Source of the DNA: Anthoceros angustus
Lineage: Eukaryota > Plantae > Anthocerotophyta
Length of the DNA stretch: 64,000 bases
Reading direction: 5' to 3'
NCBI GenBank assembly: GCA_010909165.1
Contig: MU008158.1
Coordinates: 707,478 to 771,477 of the forward strand
Shown piece after piece: positions 35,100 to 47,300 of this stretch (position 1 is the stretch's first letter; each line of letters starts with the position of its first letter). The notes under the pieces were generated by a model. The model ran no database searches, was not told the DNA's origin, and was given only the letters and a program-made list of their open reading frames with translations. The position numbers and the translations under genes are program-made.

Positions 35100-38030
35100 G
35101 TCCCCTCCTGGGGACCGGACTGAGTCCGGCTCAGAGTCGGACAAAGTCCGGACTCACTGACTCGGGCCGGCTTATCACGGCTCACCCACGAGCCTTCCTG
35201 GGTTCCCGGCCTGCTGCCTTCCACGGCCTCCTGTGGCCCTCCCCTTCCTTCCGGCGGAGGTGCAGAGTGCTTACCTCCGGTGACCTTCCTGTCCGGCCTC
35301 CTGTTGTCTCCTCGCCGCCGTTGTCCAACAGGGCTCCTAGGGTCCCTGTGGCGCCCCTGGTCCTTCCTCCCTCGCCTCCTCCTTCCGACCCTTCGAAGTC
35401 CGCCCACCGCCTAGGTGGCGCAAGACCTCAGCCTTGAGGAGCTCGCGGTAGTAGGCAAAGTGAATCGACTTGTTGAATTGCCTCCTCCACATGGGCCCGA
35501 GCACCAGGTATTCCTCCGCTGAGGTGCTCCGCAATGGGCATGTTGTCCACCGGCCGCCTGCCTCCGCTGCTGCCAATAACCGTAGGCGGCGGACTCGATG
35601 CCACCAAGGCGGCCTCCGACACCTCCTCGCAGCCTTCGCCGCCGACGCTCTCCTCCTCCTCGCTGCTCTAGCTCCGCCTTGGCCATGGAGCCGAGCTCAC
35701 CCTCGCTTCCGCAACCGGACAAGCAACCTCGCCTCCGGTTTCTTCCTCCGCTCATCCTTTCCCGAGGTCCGCTACTTCTCCAGCGGGCTTGATCCCCGTC
35801 CGACTCGGCTTCCTCCACCTCCCGCCGCAGCCTCGCGACGCCGAACTCGGACTGCCGCCTATTCTCTCCTCCGCTTTGGCCGAGGCGCCTATCTCCGTCA
35901 AGTCTTGATTCTCTGAGAACCCCTGCCGCGATGCGTCTTGGAGTTGTGGTATCCTTCGCCTCCAGCCTCCCGCCGCTTCTACCTCCCTGCACTCGAGGTC
36001 CCCTATTTCCGGTGCCGACCTCCGCCTCCTCCTCACTACCGACTGCTTGCTCACTGCCACCTCGGCCTTCGTTAGCCGCTGGCCACCCCCTGCCTCCCTC
36101 CACCGGATCCGATCACGCCGATAGTGATCCCGGCCGACCTCGCCATGCTTCCGCCTCGCCGCCTTCACCGAGCCTGTCCGATGTTGGGCTCCGAGCCGCC
36201 TCGGCCAAGTCGCGTTCTTCGCCGCCACGACCCTCCTCTCCGCCTCCTTCTCGCCACCTCCCGCCAGAGAGGTCCTCTCGCCTGCTTGGGCCTCCTTTCA
36301 CCGCCGCCACCAAGAAACTTAGTCCGATCCTCCGAATGGACTGCTTTCGCCTCCTCCTCCTCGATGAGGGGTGCCGCCTCGCCTCGGCCGCCCATCTGCC
36401 TCGGAGGAGCACCATGCGCCCTTGTTGCCTCCACCTCTGGGTCTTCTAGTCCAGAGACCCCAGAGCATACCATCCATGACGGTAGCTGTGACCCGCTGTG
36501 TCTCTTCCATGGCCGCCACCGGGTGAGGCCCCCAAGAAGTCCGTGGGCGGGCATCTCGGTCCGCCAAGGACCTCCATACCGCAGCCCCGAGTGAGTCCGG
36601 ACCGGGCTCTCGACTAATCGTGACCTGTCCCGAGGCCGAGGTCCGAGCCTCACCTTCCTTGGCCCTCTTGGCCGCCACCTTGTTCGCCTCTTCTCCGGGC
36701 TCGGAGGGGTGAGGGGTTCGAGTCGACCTTTTACCTCTCCCGGGAGAGTGGACGATCCCGTGGGCCGCCGCTGTGGCCTCCCGCCTCCTTGGCGGCCCTT
36801 TTCCGCCTTTCGCCTCCGCCTCTTGCCACCCGCTGGCGAGGCAAGGCACGGCGCCCCGGTGCGTTGACGGTGGCACTGCCTTCCGCTCCCCGACGAGTCC
36901 GCTGGCCTGCCGCCGTCGGCCGGGCGGGGGCTCTGAGCTGGAGCCAACTCCCGCCTGGCCGCCCGTGCTCCGCCGCCCGGGGGTGAGGAGGGAAGCGGAT
37001 GTCCTCCCACACTTCCTGGTGGCGAGGGGTCCGCCTCAGAGATGGGAGTCCGGGATTCCTCCCTGCCTCCTCCCGACCTCTTGCTCCGGAGTGGACGGGC
37101 CTCGCCTCCCGCGCCTCTTCCTTCCGCCTCCCAGAGGGGCGGCCACCCTTCCCGAGTGCCTCTTCACCTCCTTCGAGGTTCGCGTGCCCCACACATGAAT
37201 TAAAAACGGCGATAACGCCGACGGAGGAGGCTTCTCACACCTCGCCATGAGCTCGATTGATCCCGGCAAGATGATCCTTCCCACCGCCCTTCCTCAGCCG
37301 CATGCAGAACACTAGAGATTGTCACCAAGGTGGTCTACCTTGGTGAGCATGTTCGATGGACAATGATCCGCCACGCTTCCTCACCTCCCTCGTCCAACAA
37401 CCGGCACATCAACCACCGTTGGTTGTTCGGCGTCCCCGGCTTCGTGACGGCCTTTGCCTATCTTCCTCTTGCCTTGAGGGTTCCGAACTACGCCCCAATT
37501 TCCTCCACGGACGGGTTGTAAACCTCGGGACCTCCACGGTCCACCTCCTAGGATCCTCTCGCAGGCTCTTAGATCGAACCTCCTTGTTGGTCGCCAACAT
37601 CTTCGAGCGTACTCGGACTAGGCGACGCTGCCGAAGGTCCGAGACTGAAAACGTCCAGTGCCACTCCTGACCCTCGCCTCCTCGGCCACCAAGTCCGGTA
37701 GCGCTTGGTGAGATGTTGCGCTCCACCAAGCGCCATGGCTCCCAAACCTCCGCCGCCTTCTTGGGTCCCATTTTCCCGCTCCCTCCGCCCCTGCCGAGGC
37801 GTGAAGCTCCACAATTCGCTCCTCGGCCAGCGGTCGCTTGCTTCACTCGCCAGGTGAACTTCAGAAGGATGCTGGAGCGATCAAAAGACAACGCCAGAGC
37901 CGTGTCCGAAAGCGAGAATGCGAAATCGCCGCGGTTGTTTGGAAGAATGACCTCGCTCACTTCTCTCCGGGCGAACGCCGCCGCGAGGGCGACTCTTCGC
38001 CCCCGTGCCTCCCATGGCCTCTCGCCCACT
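35100..38030 (-). mobile_element. Family A internal region with only the frameshifted extra ORF (no gag/pol seen)
   Basis: Lies between two family A LTRs. Contains the HVEEAIQQV motif near 35470 and E/R-rich coiled-coil-like segments. No RT, integrase or CCHC motif was recognised. Confidence 0.6.
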
Positions 38031-38399
38031 TACGCCTTACCGCCGCGCCACGAGCGTGAATACCGCTATAACGCCATCGGCAATGCTACAGTCGACTGCC
38101 GCATTGCCGCCTTCCATGCCATCCACGGGCGCCGTGGCGCCTAACTCACGCCCCAACTTCTAAGTTACTCATGGGCGTATTTTATCCCATTCCTGTGGGG
38201 TCCGGACTTATCCGATACTCGGCATCGTGGTCCTCAGGGCTCCAGGGTCCGTTACCTACCCCGGAGTCCGGAGTGCCTTCCATGCTTATTACTCCCTTTC
38301 CGCCTTATTTTACACTCCATACCTACGAAAAAAAACAAACCCAGCTTATTTCACAACCCCAAGGGGAGTCCGTTGTCCACAGAAGGATTGCTTCCGTTT

Positions 38400-39193
38400 T
38401 GCACGTTCGTGGCCCGGTTCTCGCCTCGTCGTCGGGGCAAGGTTCGATCCGAGACCCCAACGTGATCGTTTTCACTCCCTAATTATTCCTAAGCGTCCAC
38501 CGGGCAGGCCCGGCGTGGCCAAACGTTTAAGGACTCGTTCGCGTCCGTCTTATGTCTCTTCTAGTCCATCTCTCCCTACGCTCCTCGCACATTACGGTTG
38601 GGGAATCGTGGTGGTGCGCTGACCTCCACCGTTGTTCAACCAGCCTCCGTCTGGCTCAGACGCTTCGAGTTCCGCGTCTCATGTTCTCTCGCCCGTCTAG
38701 GCGTCGGTCCCTGCCCCGGAGGAACAAGGGTCCTGCGTCTGCGCTACACACCACCACACGTTAGGGTCCGTCACGGGACTGGATGGCCCTCTCCGAGTTG
38801 TCTTGCTCGTAGTGACTCGGGACTCGGCTAACGAAGACACACAAGGGTCCGCAAGAGAGCTGATCAACCCCAAAGAAAGATGCTTTACTAGGCGGCGGCC
38901 CCCCTCTTATACCACGCCGAGGGGCGTCTTTATTACACTCCTATTCGGTGATGTCATCGGTGCCCTAGCCCCACTATCTCCCCTAGCTTTCCTATCTCCG
39001 TCTATGGCGGTGGGGCTGGGGGTGCCCAGGATTCCTCCCTGGCGCTGGCGGCCCAATCCCCAGCTCTGGCAATTGCGGCGCACCCAATCGGATGATCCGC
39101 GATGCGGGGGCTCTCCCTCTTCCCGAGACTCTGTCAGGCTGAGCTACTGGCGGCGGCCTGACAACCGCAGTGACCACCAAGTCCTCCTCCTCA
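38400..39193 (-). repeat. Gypsy family A LTR, inverted copy
   Basis: Minus strand reads PPT AAGAGGGGG then TGAGGAGGAGGAC at 39193, and shares the AATAAA/TATAAG/AGTAAAG core with 5340-5410. Confidence 0.7.
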
Positions 39194-39249
39194 CCCCCTC
39201 TTAACTCGCTGGTGGGTCCCTGCCCTGCGGGTCCACTAGGAGGTTGCTC

Positions 39250-40960
39250 TGCCTGGGTGGGATGAGGGTGATCCTCACTCACCCTTCCCCACTCCACGGA
39301 CTTCGGGGTCCGGTCTTGCCTCCGGAGTCCGGACCTCGGGGTCCGGTCTCGACTCCGGAGTCCGGACCTCGTGGTCCTCAACTCCCGGACCTCGTGGTCT
39401 CGCGCCCGACTGGGCATTCTTACCCGAGTCTTTCCGGAGTCGGGTTCACCCACCGGACCTCCTCCCCATCCCATCTCCCCTTGGCCCTCTTCTCCCTTGG
39501 CCTACTCGGAGACCCCCTCTTCTTCCTCCCGGGCAGTGCGTGACGGACTTACCTCTTGCCGGGTGGTGTCCATCGCCTCCTTCTCGCCCGGGCGCCCTCC
39601 TTCCTTGGTGCCGCTCCCGAGCAGCGCCCCGGTGAGTTCAGGTGGCGTGACTCATCCCCCCGCCTCGCTCTCCCCTCCTTCCAACTCTTCCGGTGGCCCT
39701 TCAATCTACAGGGGGTGAGGCACGACCTCCAGTGCCTTGAGGAGCTCCGCATGGTAGTAGGCAAAGTCCGAGTTGACTTGCTGGATGGCCTCCTCCACAT
39801 GGGCACGGAGCACCCGATATTCCCTCCTCCAGAGGTGCTCTGGTAATTGGGTGTGCTGGGTGGCCTGTTGGGCCGTCTCCAACGCAAGGTCCGCCAGCCG
39901 GAGTCTGGCTGAGTCCCTCGAGGCTGCCAAGGCCGCCTCCGCCACTTCCTGCAGCCTCTGCTGCTGCTCCGCGTGCTCCTCCTCCCGCTGTCTCTCGAGT
40001 TCAGCCAACTTACTGGCCATGGCGCGACGTTCCCCTTCTGCCTTCCGCACATCAAAGAACCTCCGCCTCCTCCTCGAGCCTCCGCCGTCTATTCTTGCTG
40101 AGGCCACCATATCCCTTTCCAGCGGGTCCTACAATTCACCGGCTCCTAGCTTCCTCCAAGTCCTTCTCCAACTCGGCGATGTCCTCGCCTCCTTACTGCC
40201 GCCGACTTCCTCCGCCTCCAACAGAGCCGAGCCGCCTCATCTCCCCTCCTCGTGGTCCTCGATTCTTCCTTGGAGGTCCACGTCCATCCACATTCGGCTA
40301 TAGCTCTAGGGTTCCCTCCTCATTCTCCAGCCACAAGGCCGCCTCCAGATCCTCAGTCTGGCCGAGGTCTCCGCCTCTAGTGTCAGCCTCCTCTCCTCTT
40401 TGCGGATAACTCTGTTGGCCACCACCGCCTGGCCTTGATTGGTCGTACGCTCCCACCGCCTCCTCCACTTGCCCGATCCCGCCCCAGTAGTGGTCCCCTG
40501 GCTCATCTTGGCCGAGGCCTCCGCCTCCCACGCCCCCTTCACTTGGGCCTCCCAGGCTTGGTGCTGCTCCTGCCGAGCGATTTCGGCCAGGTCCTTGGCC
40601 CTCTCCGCCTGCCTTCTTGCCTCCTCTGCCTCCTCTTGGGCCGCTCCTCTCCTCCTACAAAGGTCTACTGCCTTTTCTGCGCCTCCCTGCGTGGGCTTGA
40701 AGCACCCCGGCCTGGCCTGGGCTTGAGCAGACCTAGCCCATTCCGCTTCTCCTCCTCGACTCTAGCGAGGGTCTCCGCCTTTCTCTTGGCCGCTTGAGCC
40801 GCCTCCGCCTGGCCCTGAAGCTCCACCATTCTCCTTCTGGTGGCCTCCACTTCGGGCCTTTTTCTTCGCTCAGAGCCCCAAAGCACACCGTCCATGACGG
40901 TCGAGAACTCCGTGTCTCTTCCACGGCTATTGGGAGATACGTGAAGTCTGCCATGGCGCG
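39250..40960 (-). mobile_element. 3' half of the family A extra ORF plus 33-bp GC-rich repeats
   Basis: MASKLAELERQREEEHAEQQQRLQEVAEAAL...HVEEAIQQVNSDFAYYHAELLKALEVVPHPL. 40860-40930 is similar to 36440-36510. TCCGGAGTCCGGACCTC repeats lie at 39320-39380. Confidence 0.7.
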
Positions 40961-40978
40961 GGTATCTCTCGTCGCTAA

Positions 40979-41480
40979 CACTACTAGGAAAACGTGTCTT
41001 TACAACAATTTTACTACGGACATTTACAAAATTACTACACGTAGTAAAATGCCCACAAAACATAAATAGCATGGTAATGTCTTCACACCGTATACCATGG
41101 CTATATATCAGATTCAGATGTGACATACATACGATGTACTTTCTGAGTTGACCGTACATGAGTTAGGGTTTAACTACAATTCACTTTACAACAACAATTA
41201 CAAAGGATCTACAACTATTTACAACAACCATAATCGTGGTTAATAAAATATGGTTAAGTAACCAATGTGAATTAACTCAAGTTTATTAAGCGAAGTTAAA
41301 TAACTGGTTTATAAACCATAGTTATGTAACCATGGTTAGGTTAATCAGCAATCAGATTATAACGGCTGTAAAAAACACCCGCTGCAAAATAAGGCGTAGT
41401 AAAATCAAGTAAACAGAACGTAGTAAAGTAAAACGGATTTATATTGTATAGTAAAGTGCACTCTTGTAGTAAAATGAAGG
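40979..41480 (+). mobile_element. Probable CACTA (En/Spm) transposon terminus with subterminal repeats
   Basis: Starts CACTACTAGGAAAAC at an abrupt GC-to-AT junction, followed by many TTACTAC/TTACAAC and GTAGTAA motifs in both orientations. The matching TAGTG end was not found. Confidence 0.55.
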
Positions 41481-43960
41481 TGCTAGGTGTGTGGGTTATG
41501 GGTAATTCGTGATTGCACCTACATCCTACAATATATTAGACTCAGCCTACATGCTACACGGGCATCTAAAATTTTCTCCACCCAAAGACCTCAACTCAAA
41601 GACCGTGCCCCAAAGGTTTGCCACCGCAAAAAGAAAACCACAAACTTAAATCGGTTTAAGTTCAGAACTTCAGGCTATCACAAAATAGACACAATAGTCC
41701 CGACAACGACCTAACTGTAATCATGCTCAAGCATCCTCGCCTTGTCTTGCAACTTATGGGAAGATAATGCCCCACCATCCACCATCATCTATGACATTCG
41801 CTTTAGGATGGCCTCCATGACCTTCTCATCGCACTCCTTGATGGAATAGCCTGCATCCTTCAACAAGGTCCACACATTAATCGCCTTGTCCTTCTCGCCT
41901 TTGAGTCCACTTGCACTAAAGCTGGAGTTCTAGTTCATCGCATCCAAAACTCTTTCAACTTTGTAAGCCAAGCCCCATGATTGGTGCCAACAGATTGATT
42001 TCATCCATGGTTGGGTCTCGCAAACTTCCTCTAAACCAAGAAACCCTTCCGCCATATCCAAAACATGCTATTACTTCCCACCTCCTTGCTCCTCCTCATG
42101 GCGGCTTTTCTTTGGGGCAACAACTCCATCCATCTTGTCTTGCTCCTCTTTCAAAAGACCTCCCAAGATTTTGCTTCACACTCTTTGGGACATACTTGGG
42201 GTGCGCTTTTGTCCTTGCAAGAAATAACGGGCTTCCTTCCTAACATTGTTCCTCCAAAACTTGATTAGGGTTCAAATTGCAAGACAATCTCAAAAGACCA
42301 TGGACCACTCAAAGTCTACTCGATACATGTCTCAACATGAAGCACACACGCTCTTTGCTTCCAAAAGGGATGTATGAGAGGATTGCGAGAGAGCGGTTGC
42401 AAAATGCACTCCTTCATGGGCAAAAGGAGGGACAACACGAAGATGTAGCCTACACACAAAGACCAGAAGATGTTTAGTGCATAGCCTCCAAATGAGGCAT
42501 AAAACGATGCCCTTCGCCTCCAAATCGATCCGCCGAAATTTGTGCAAGCGAAGAAATTCTGTGCCTCAAAATTTCATGTCAGGCTGAAATTTCGTGCCCC
42601 CATGTCAGGCTCGACATTTCGTGCCCAAATTTATGTCACAGCCCGAATTTCGAAACTAAAATGCCAATCAAACATTGAAGACACCGAAGGATGGATGTGG
42701 GCAGCAAGCACTTCGTGATGGACATCGTGCACCCTTTTCCTCTTGGGCCCCCTAGAGCACTTTATGTCCAAATCTCGACATTGGAATGATATCGATCTTC
42801 CTCACACAAGATCATGAGGAAGATGCGATGTCGCTCTCCTCCAGTATAGCAACTTTGCTTGCTCGCTCGCCACCCTCCAAGTCCCGCTCGACTAGTTGAA
42901 GATGAATGCTTCACCGGAAGGGTGTCCTACAGTGCTTTAGGAGGGCATTGTTTGCTCCTTCTGCACTCTTCACATGCTTCACAAAATTAGACCACGATGT
43001 TGTCTTCGCTCAGTACCATGTTGATAGCTTCAAGCTTCTAACGTTCTCCGGTTCAAATCAATTCGTTCTCTTCAACTTCTACCAATAGTGCATCATGGTT
43101 ACCGCTAAGCGCCCCAACGCGGCAGCATGTATGGCTCATGGCGGGTTTGGGCCAAGGATCTTCGTGCACTCGGATGTATTGCGCGGCCGGGCGTGCATTT
43201 GACTGTCCCCAACCACCTCCTCTGCAGCATCTACAGCTTGTGCATCAGTCACAGAGCCCCCTTCTATAGGAGCTGATGGACAACGTCCCCAACGGCCCGG
43301 GACAGTGATCCTGGTCGCCACTTTTGCCTTCACACAGCGGCGCCCTTCCTTGTCCAAGTCTGAATCGCTCTCCATGATTTTATGAGCTGGTGTGAGCCCA
43401 TGCCCTTTCTTCAAATATGGTGCACACTCATCCCTGTGAAATCTGTGACAATTTATATGGATTATGTAGATTAATTACAACATTAAGTAATTACACATTA
43501 ATTGAGAATCAAGAAAAGAGTCTGAAGTGTTTATGCGAAAAGGTAACTTAAACTTAATTTAAATGATGTGTCTATTCACGAAAAGTCGTAACCCTAACGA
43601 AAAGATATCTACCTAACTCAACATCATACTAAGGATTATTTATCGTAATTATCCTTAGACCTATAGTCATGATATCAACATAATACCAATACTCCCACTT
43701 GTTGAGTAGATCATGACCTAGACATTATCCGAATCACGGTCTTCACTCGCTGCTACCGTGAGATCTGTCGAGCTGCAGATCACCCAAACGCGGTTGCGAT
43801 CTTTCGCGTACACTTTTACGCTCAATCTTCCGCCAATTAACTCCATATGCGATACAGGAAGCCACCGAGATGAGGTACATCTCGCTCATAACCCCGATGT
43901 ATTTTCTCAGCCTTTTGTTCTGGAGCATCCGGAGCGTAAGATTGCCGTGCTCGCCATGTC

Positions 43961-44370
43961 NNNNNNNNNNNNNNNNNNNNNNNNNNNNNNNNNNNNNNNN
44001 NNNNNNNNNNNNNNNNNNNNNNNNNNNNNNNNNNNNNNNNNNNNNNNNNNNNNNNNNNNNNNNNNNNNNNNNNNNNNNNNNNNNNNNNNNNNNNNNNNNN
44101 NNNNNNNNNNNNNNNNNNNNNNNNNNNNNNNNNNNNNNNNNNNNNNNNNNNNNNNNNNNNNNNNNNNNNNNNNNNNNNNNNNNNNNNNNNNNNNNNNNNN
44201 NNNNNNNNNNNNNNNNNNNNNNNNNNNNNNNNNNNNNNNNNNNNNNNNNNNNNNNNNNNNNNNNNNNNNNNNNNNNNNNNNNNNNNNNNNNNNNNNNNNN
44301 NNNNNNNNNNNNNNNNNNNNNNNNNNNNNNNNNNNNNNNNNNNNNNNNNNNNNNNNNNNNNNNNNNNNNN
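43961..44370. other. Assembly gap (410 N)
   Basis: Run of N. It hides the 5' part of the polymerase gene. Confidence 1.
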
Positions 44371-47300
44371 GGTCCCAAAGCATCCTTAGCAAAAAGGGGC
44401 GTGCCTTATTATGAAAGAGATGGGGAGATTACAGCCACAGCCAAGAATCCTGATTGGGAGCCCCAGATAGGTGATGTGGCGTATCGCTTTCTCATGGATG
44501 GCGACCTGGTGTTCGTAAACAGGAACCCATCGTTACACAAACACTCGCTGGTTGCTTTGAGAGTTCGAAGGCATAGCCCCACGGCAATCGCGTTGAATCC
44601 ACTCTTGTGTGGTCCTCTCAATGCTGATTTTGACGGGGATGCCCTTCATGTTTTTGCTCCTCAGTCATTCGAGGTTTTGGGGGAGATGCGTGAGCTGATG
44701 ACTGTTCCCCAGCAGATGATATCTCCTCAAGGTGGACAAGTGATGATCCGCCTCACCCAAGATGCCTTGTTGGGCGCTCACCTGCTCACAAGCTTTGGGG
44801 TATTTGTGGACAAACCGGCAATGGGGCAGCTGGTGTGTCAAACCTCCTCGTCCATGCCCGAACCGGCAATATTGAAATCTCCCAACTCCGGTCCCCTCTG
44901 GACCGGGGCCCAGGTCTTCGGTTTGACTTTGCCGGCTGAGCTTGACTACACTCACTCCAGTGGGGTGCTCATCTCCAAAGGTGAACTGCTGCGCTGTGGT
45001 GGGGCTTCAGATTGGCTGGGGAGTTCGCCAGAGAGCATTGTCGGCCAGATTTGCAGCAAATTGGGACCAGAGTCTGCAGTTGAACATCTCAATATTGCCC
45101 AGTACGTCATTCATGGATGGTTACTCATGAGAGGTTTCAGCATTGGGCTGGACGATGTTTATGCCACAAAAGACAGTGCAGCACGGAAGAAACTGACCAG
45201 GGCCATCAAGGAAGAATTCAGGATTCGCAAGCGGAGGGTTTTGGATCATCCTCTTGTTTCTGGTAACCTTCGAAAGAAACGAGTTAGTGCGCTTGAGGAT
45301 TTTGATTACATGGATTTGGATGGGGATGATGAATTGCTTCAAAAAGTCGAGCAGATTATTTCCAGATCCAAAGACAAGCACAAGGAAGAAATTGCTGTCG
45401 TCGAGTTTCGGGGGCTCCCAGCTATCATTGAAAGTCTTATTACAAGCCAGATGGCCCAGAGCAACTCCTTGTTGAGGATGGTGAAATCTGGAAGCAAAGG
45501 TTCCATGGCAAAGGTCGTCCAGCAGAGTGGACTTCTGGGGCTCCAGCTCAATGCAGGGGCCAAGCTTCTTCCTCATAAAAAAAGCAGCAAATTTAAGTAC
45601 GGCATGCCTCTTCAGCAGGGTGGTTGTGATGATGAAGCGTCCGCCAAAAAAAATGATGATGAAGCGTGGGAGGGGTGTGGGGTTGTTGGAAGCTCCTTTC
45701 TTGAAGGGCTCAGTCCAGTTGAGTTTTTCACTCATGCTATGTCCTCTCGACTGGCAACAATCTCTCAGTGCTTAGACGTAAGGGAGCCTGGGTCTTTGTT
45801 TAAGAGTCTGATGTGCTTTTTACGTGATGTATATGTTGCACATGATGGGACTGTCCGCACAAGACTTGGAAAGTGTATTATCCAGTATTTCTATGGGGGA
45901 GCTCTGGCTGCTTGTGAAACTACAGGAATGGATGACAAGTCCATGAGAGAAGTCTGTCAAACTGCAGCAGGGGAGCCAGTTGGGGTGCTAGCTGTTACTG
46001 CACTTGTTCAACCCATATATCAAGCAATATTGGATACACCACATCAAACAGGGATCAAAGATATGAGACCATTAGAGCTGTTGCAGGAAACCCTTCTGCC
46101 CAGATTCATGTCTCTAGCAAAACCCTGTGATCAGAAAGTGATTCTCAGACTGAACAAACCATCTACCTGCAACTGCAATACGGAGCTTTATGGGTGCAGT
46201 TGTGTGGAGAAAGTAGCTGTGCAGGTTCAAAATCACCTGAGAAAGCTTTCTCTAGACAAGCTTGTCACAGGAACGGCTATTGTGTTTGAACAGCAAGATG
46301 GAGGAACAGTTTCTCCTTGGATTGGTCACATCCAGGTGTCCTTGGAAGAGCTGGAGTATCATGAGCTCACAATGGAAGGTCTCCTATTTCAGCTAGAGAA
46401 GCTTGTCACGGACCCAAATAATGCTAAAATTTTGGGGCATGTAGAGTTCTCTAAGTGCATCAGTTGCAATTCTACCAAAAGCAATGGGGGTCCTTGCATT
46501 CGCATCCGAACAGAGTATCCTGTTCAAACCCCTGCCTTGGCTGAATCTTTGGAGTTTATTAAGTACACATTATTCCCTGCCCTTCTGAAGACGGGGGTAA
46601 AGGGCAGCAATCTCATACAGTCTGTGAACATTCTTTGGGAAACTAAAGTATCCCCATTCAGAATTTCGGAGACGGATCCTGAAGAAACTGTAGTTGAGGT
46701 GGTCACGCAGGGAAAGCAGCCTCGTGGAAAGTCCTTCTCAATAGTGAAGTTGGCATGCATTCCGATAATGGATTTGGTCGATTGGAGTAGGAGTTCCCCG
46801 TACAGCATACAGGAGCTGCGCCAGTCACATGGCATTGAAGCTGCCCATCACTGCATCCTGCACAGGTTGAAGCTTGCCGTGAAGAGCATGGGCGCCGTTG
46901 TCCACCCACATCACCTACAGTTGATAGCAGATTTTATGGCGTTCACTGGTGATGCCGTTGGATTTATGTATGCTGGATACAAAGATTATATCCGCAGCAT
47001 CTCTTGCTCTGCACCATTTACTCAGGGTGCATTTCAGGCACCATGGAAGAGCTTTGCAGATGCTGCACAAAAAGGGGAGAGTGAGAGTGTGAATGGCGTC
47101 CTTTCCTCCTGTGCCTGGGGAAAGAGAGCACCCATTGGCACCGGGGCAGACTTCGAGATTCAGTACGTTGCCAGAGACACAGCCAAGCTTCTGGAGGTTG
47201 ATATCCATGAGTTTTATGGCCAGGTTGCTGCAGAAGTGGCTAGACTACGGCCAGTTCCAGAGATCCCGTTCCCAGAAATGGTGGTCGCCTCACCTGGTGC

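Noticed and set aside
34593-40800. Numerous overlapping Arg/Pro/Gly-rich ORFs on both strands
   Set aside because: These are expected by-products of very high GC, stop-poor retroelement DNA. Only the motif-conserved minus-strand frame was kept.
43743-44414. ORFs running through the N gap, including the 43870 start of the 1758-aa ORF
   Set aside because: Frame continuity across N bases is an artefact, so the true start is unknown.
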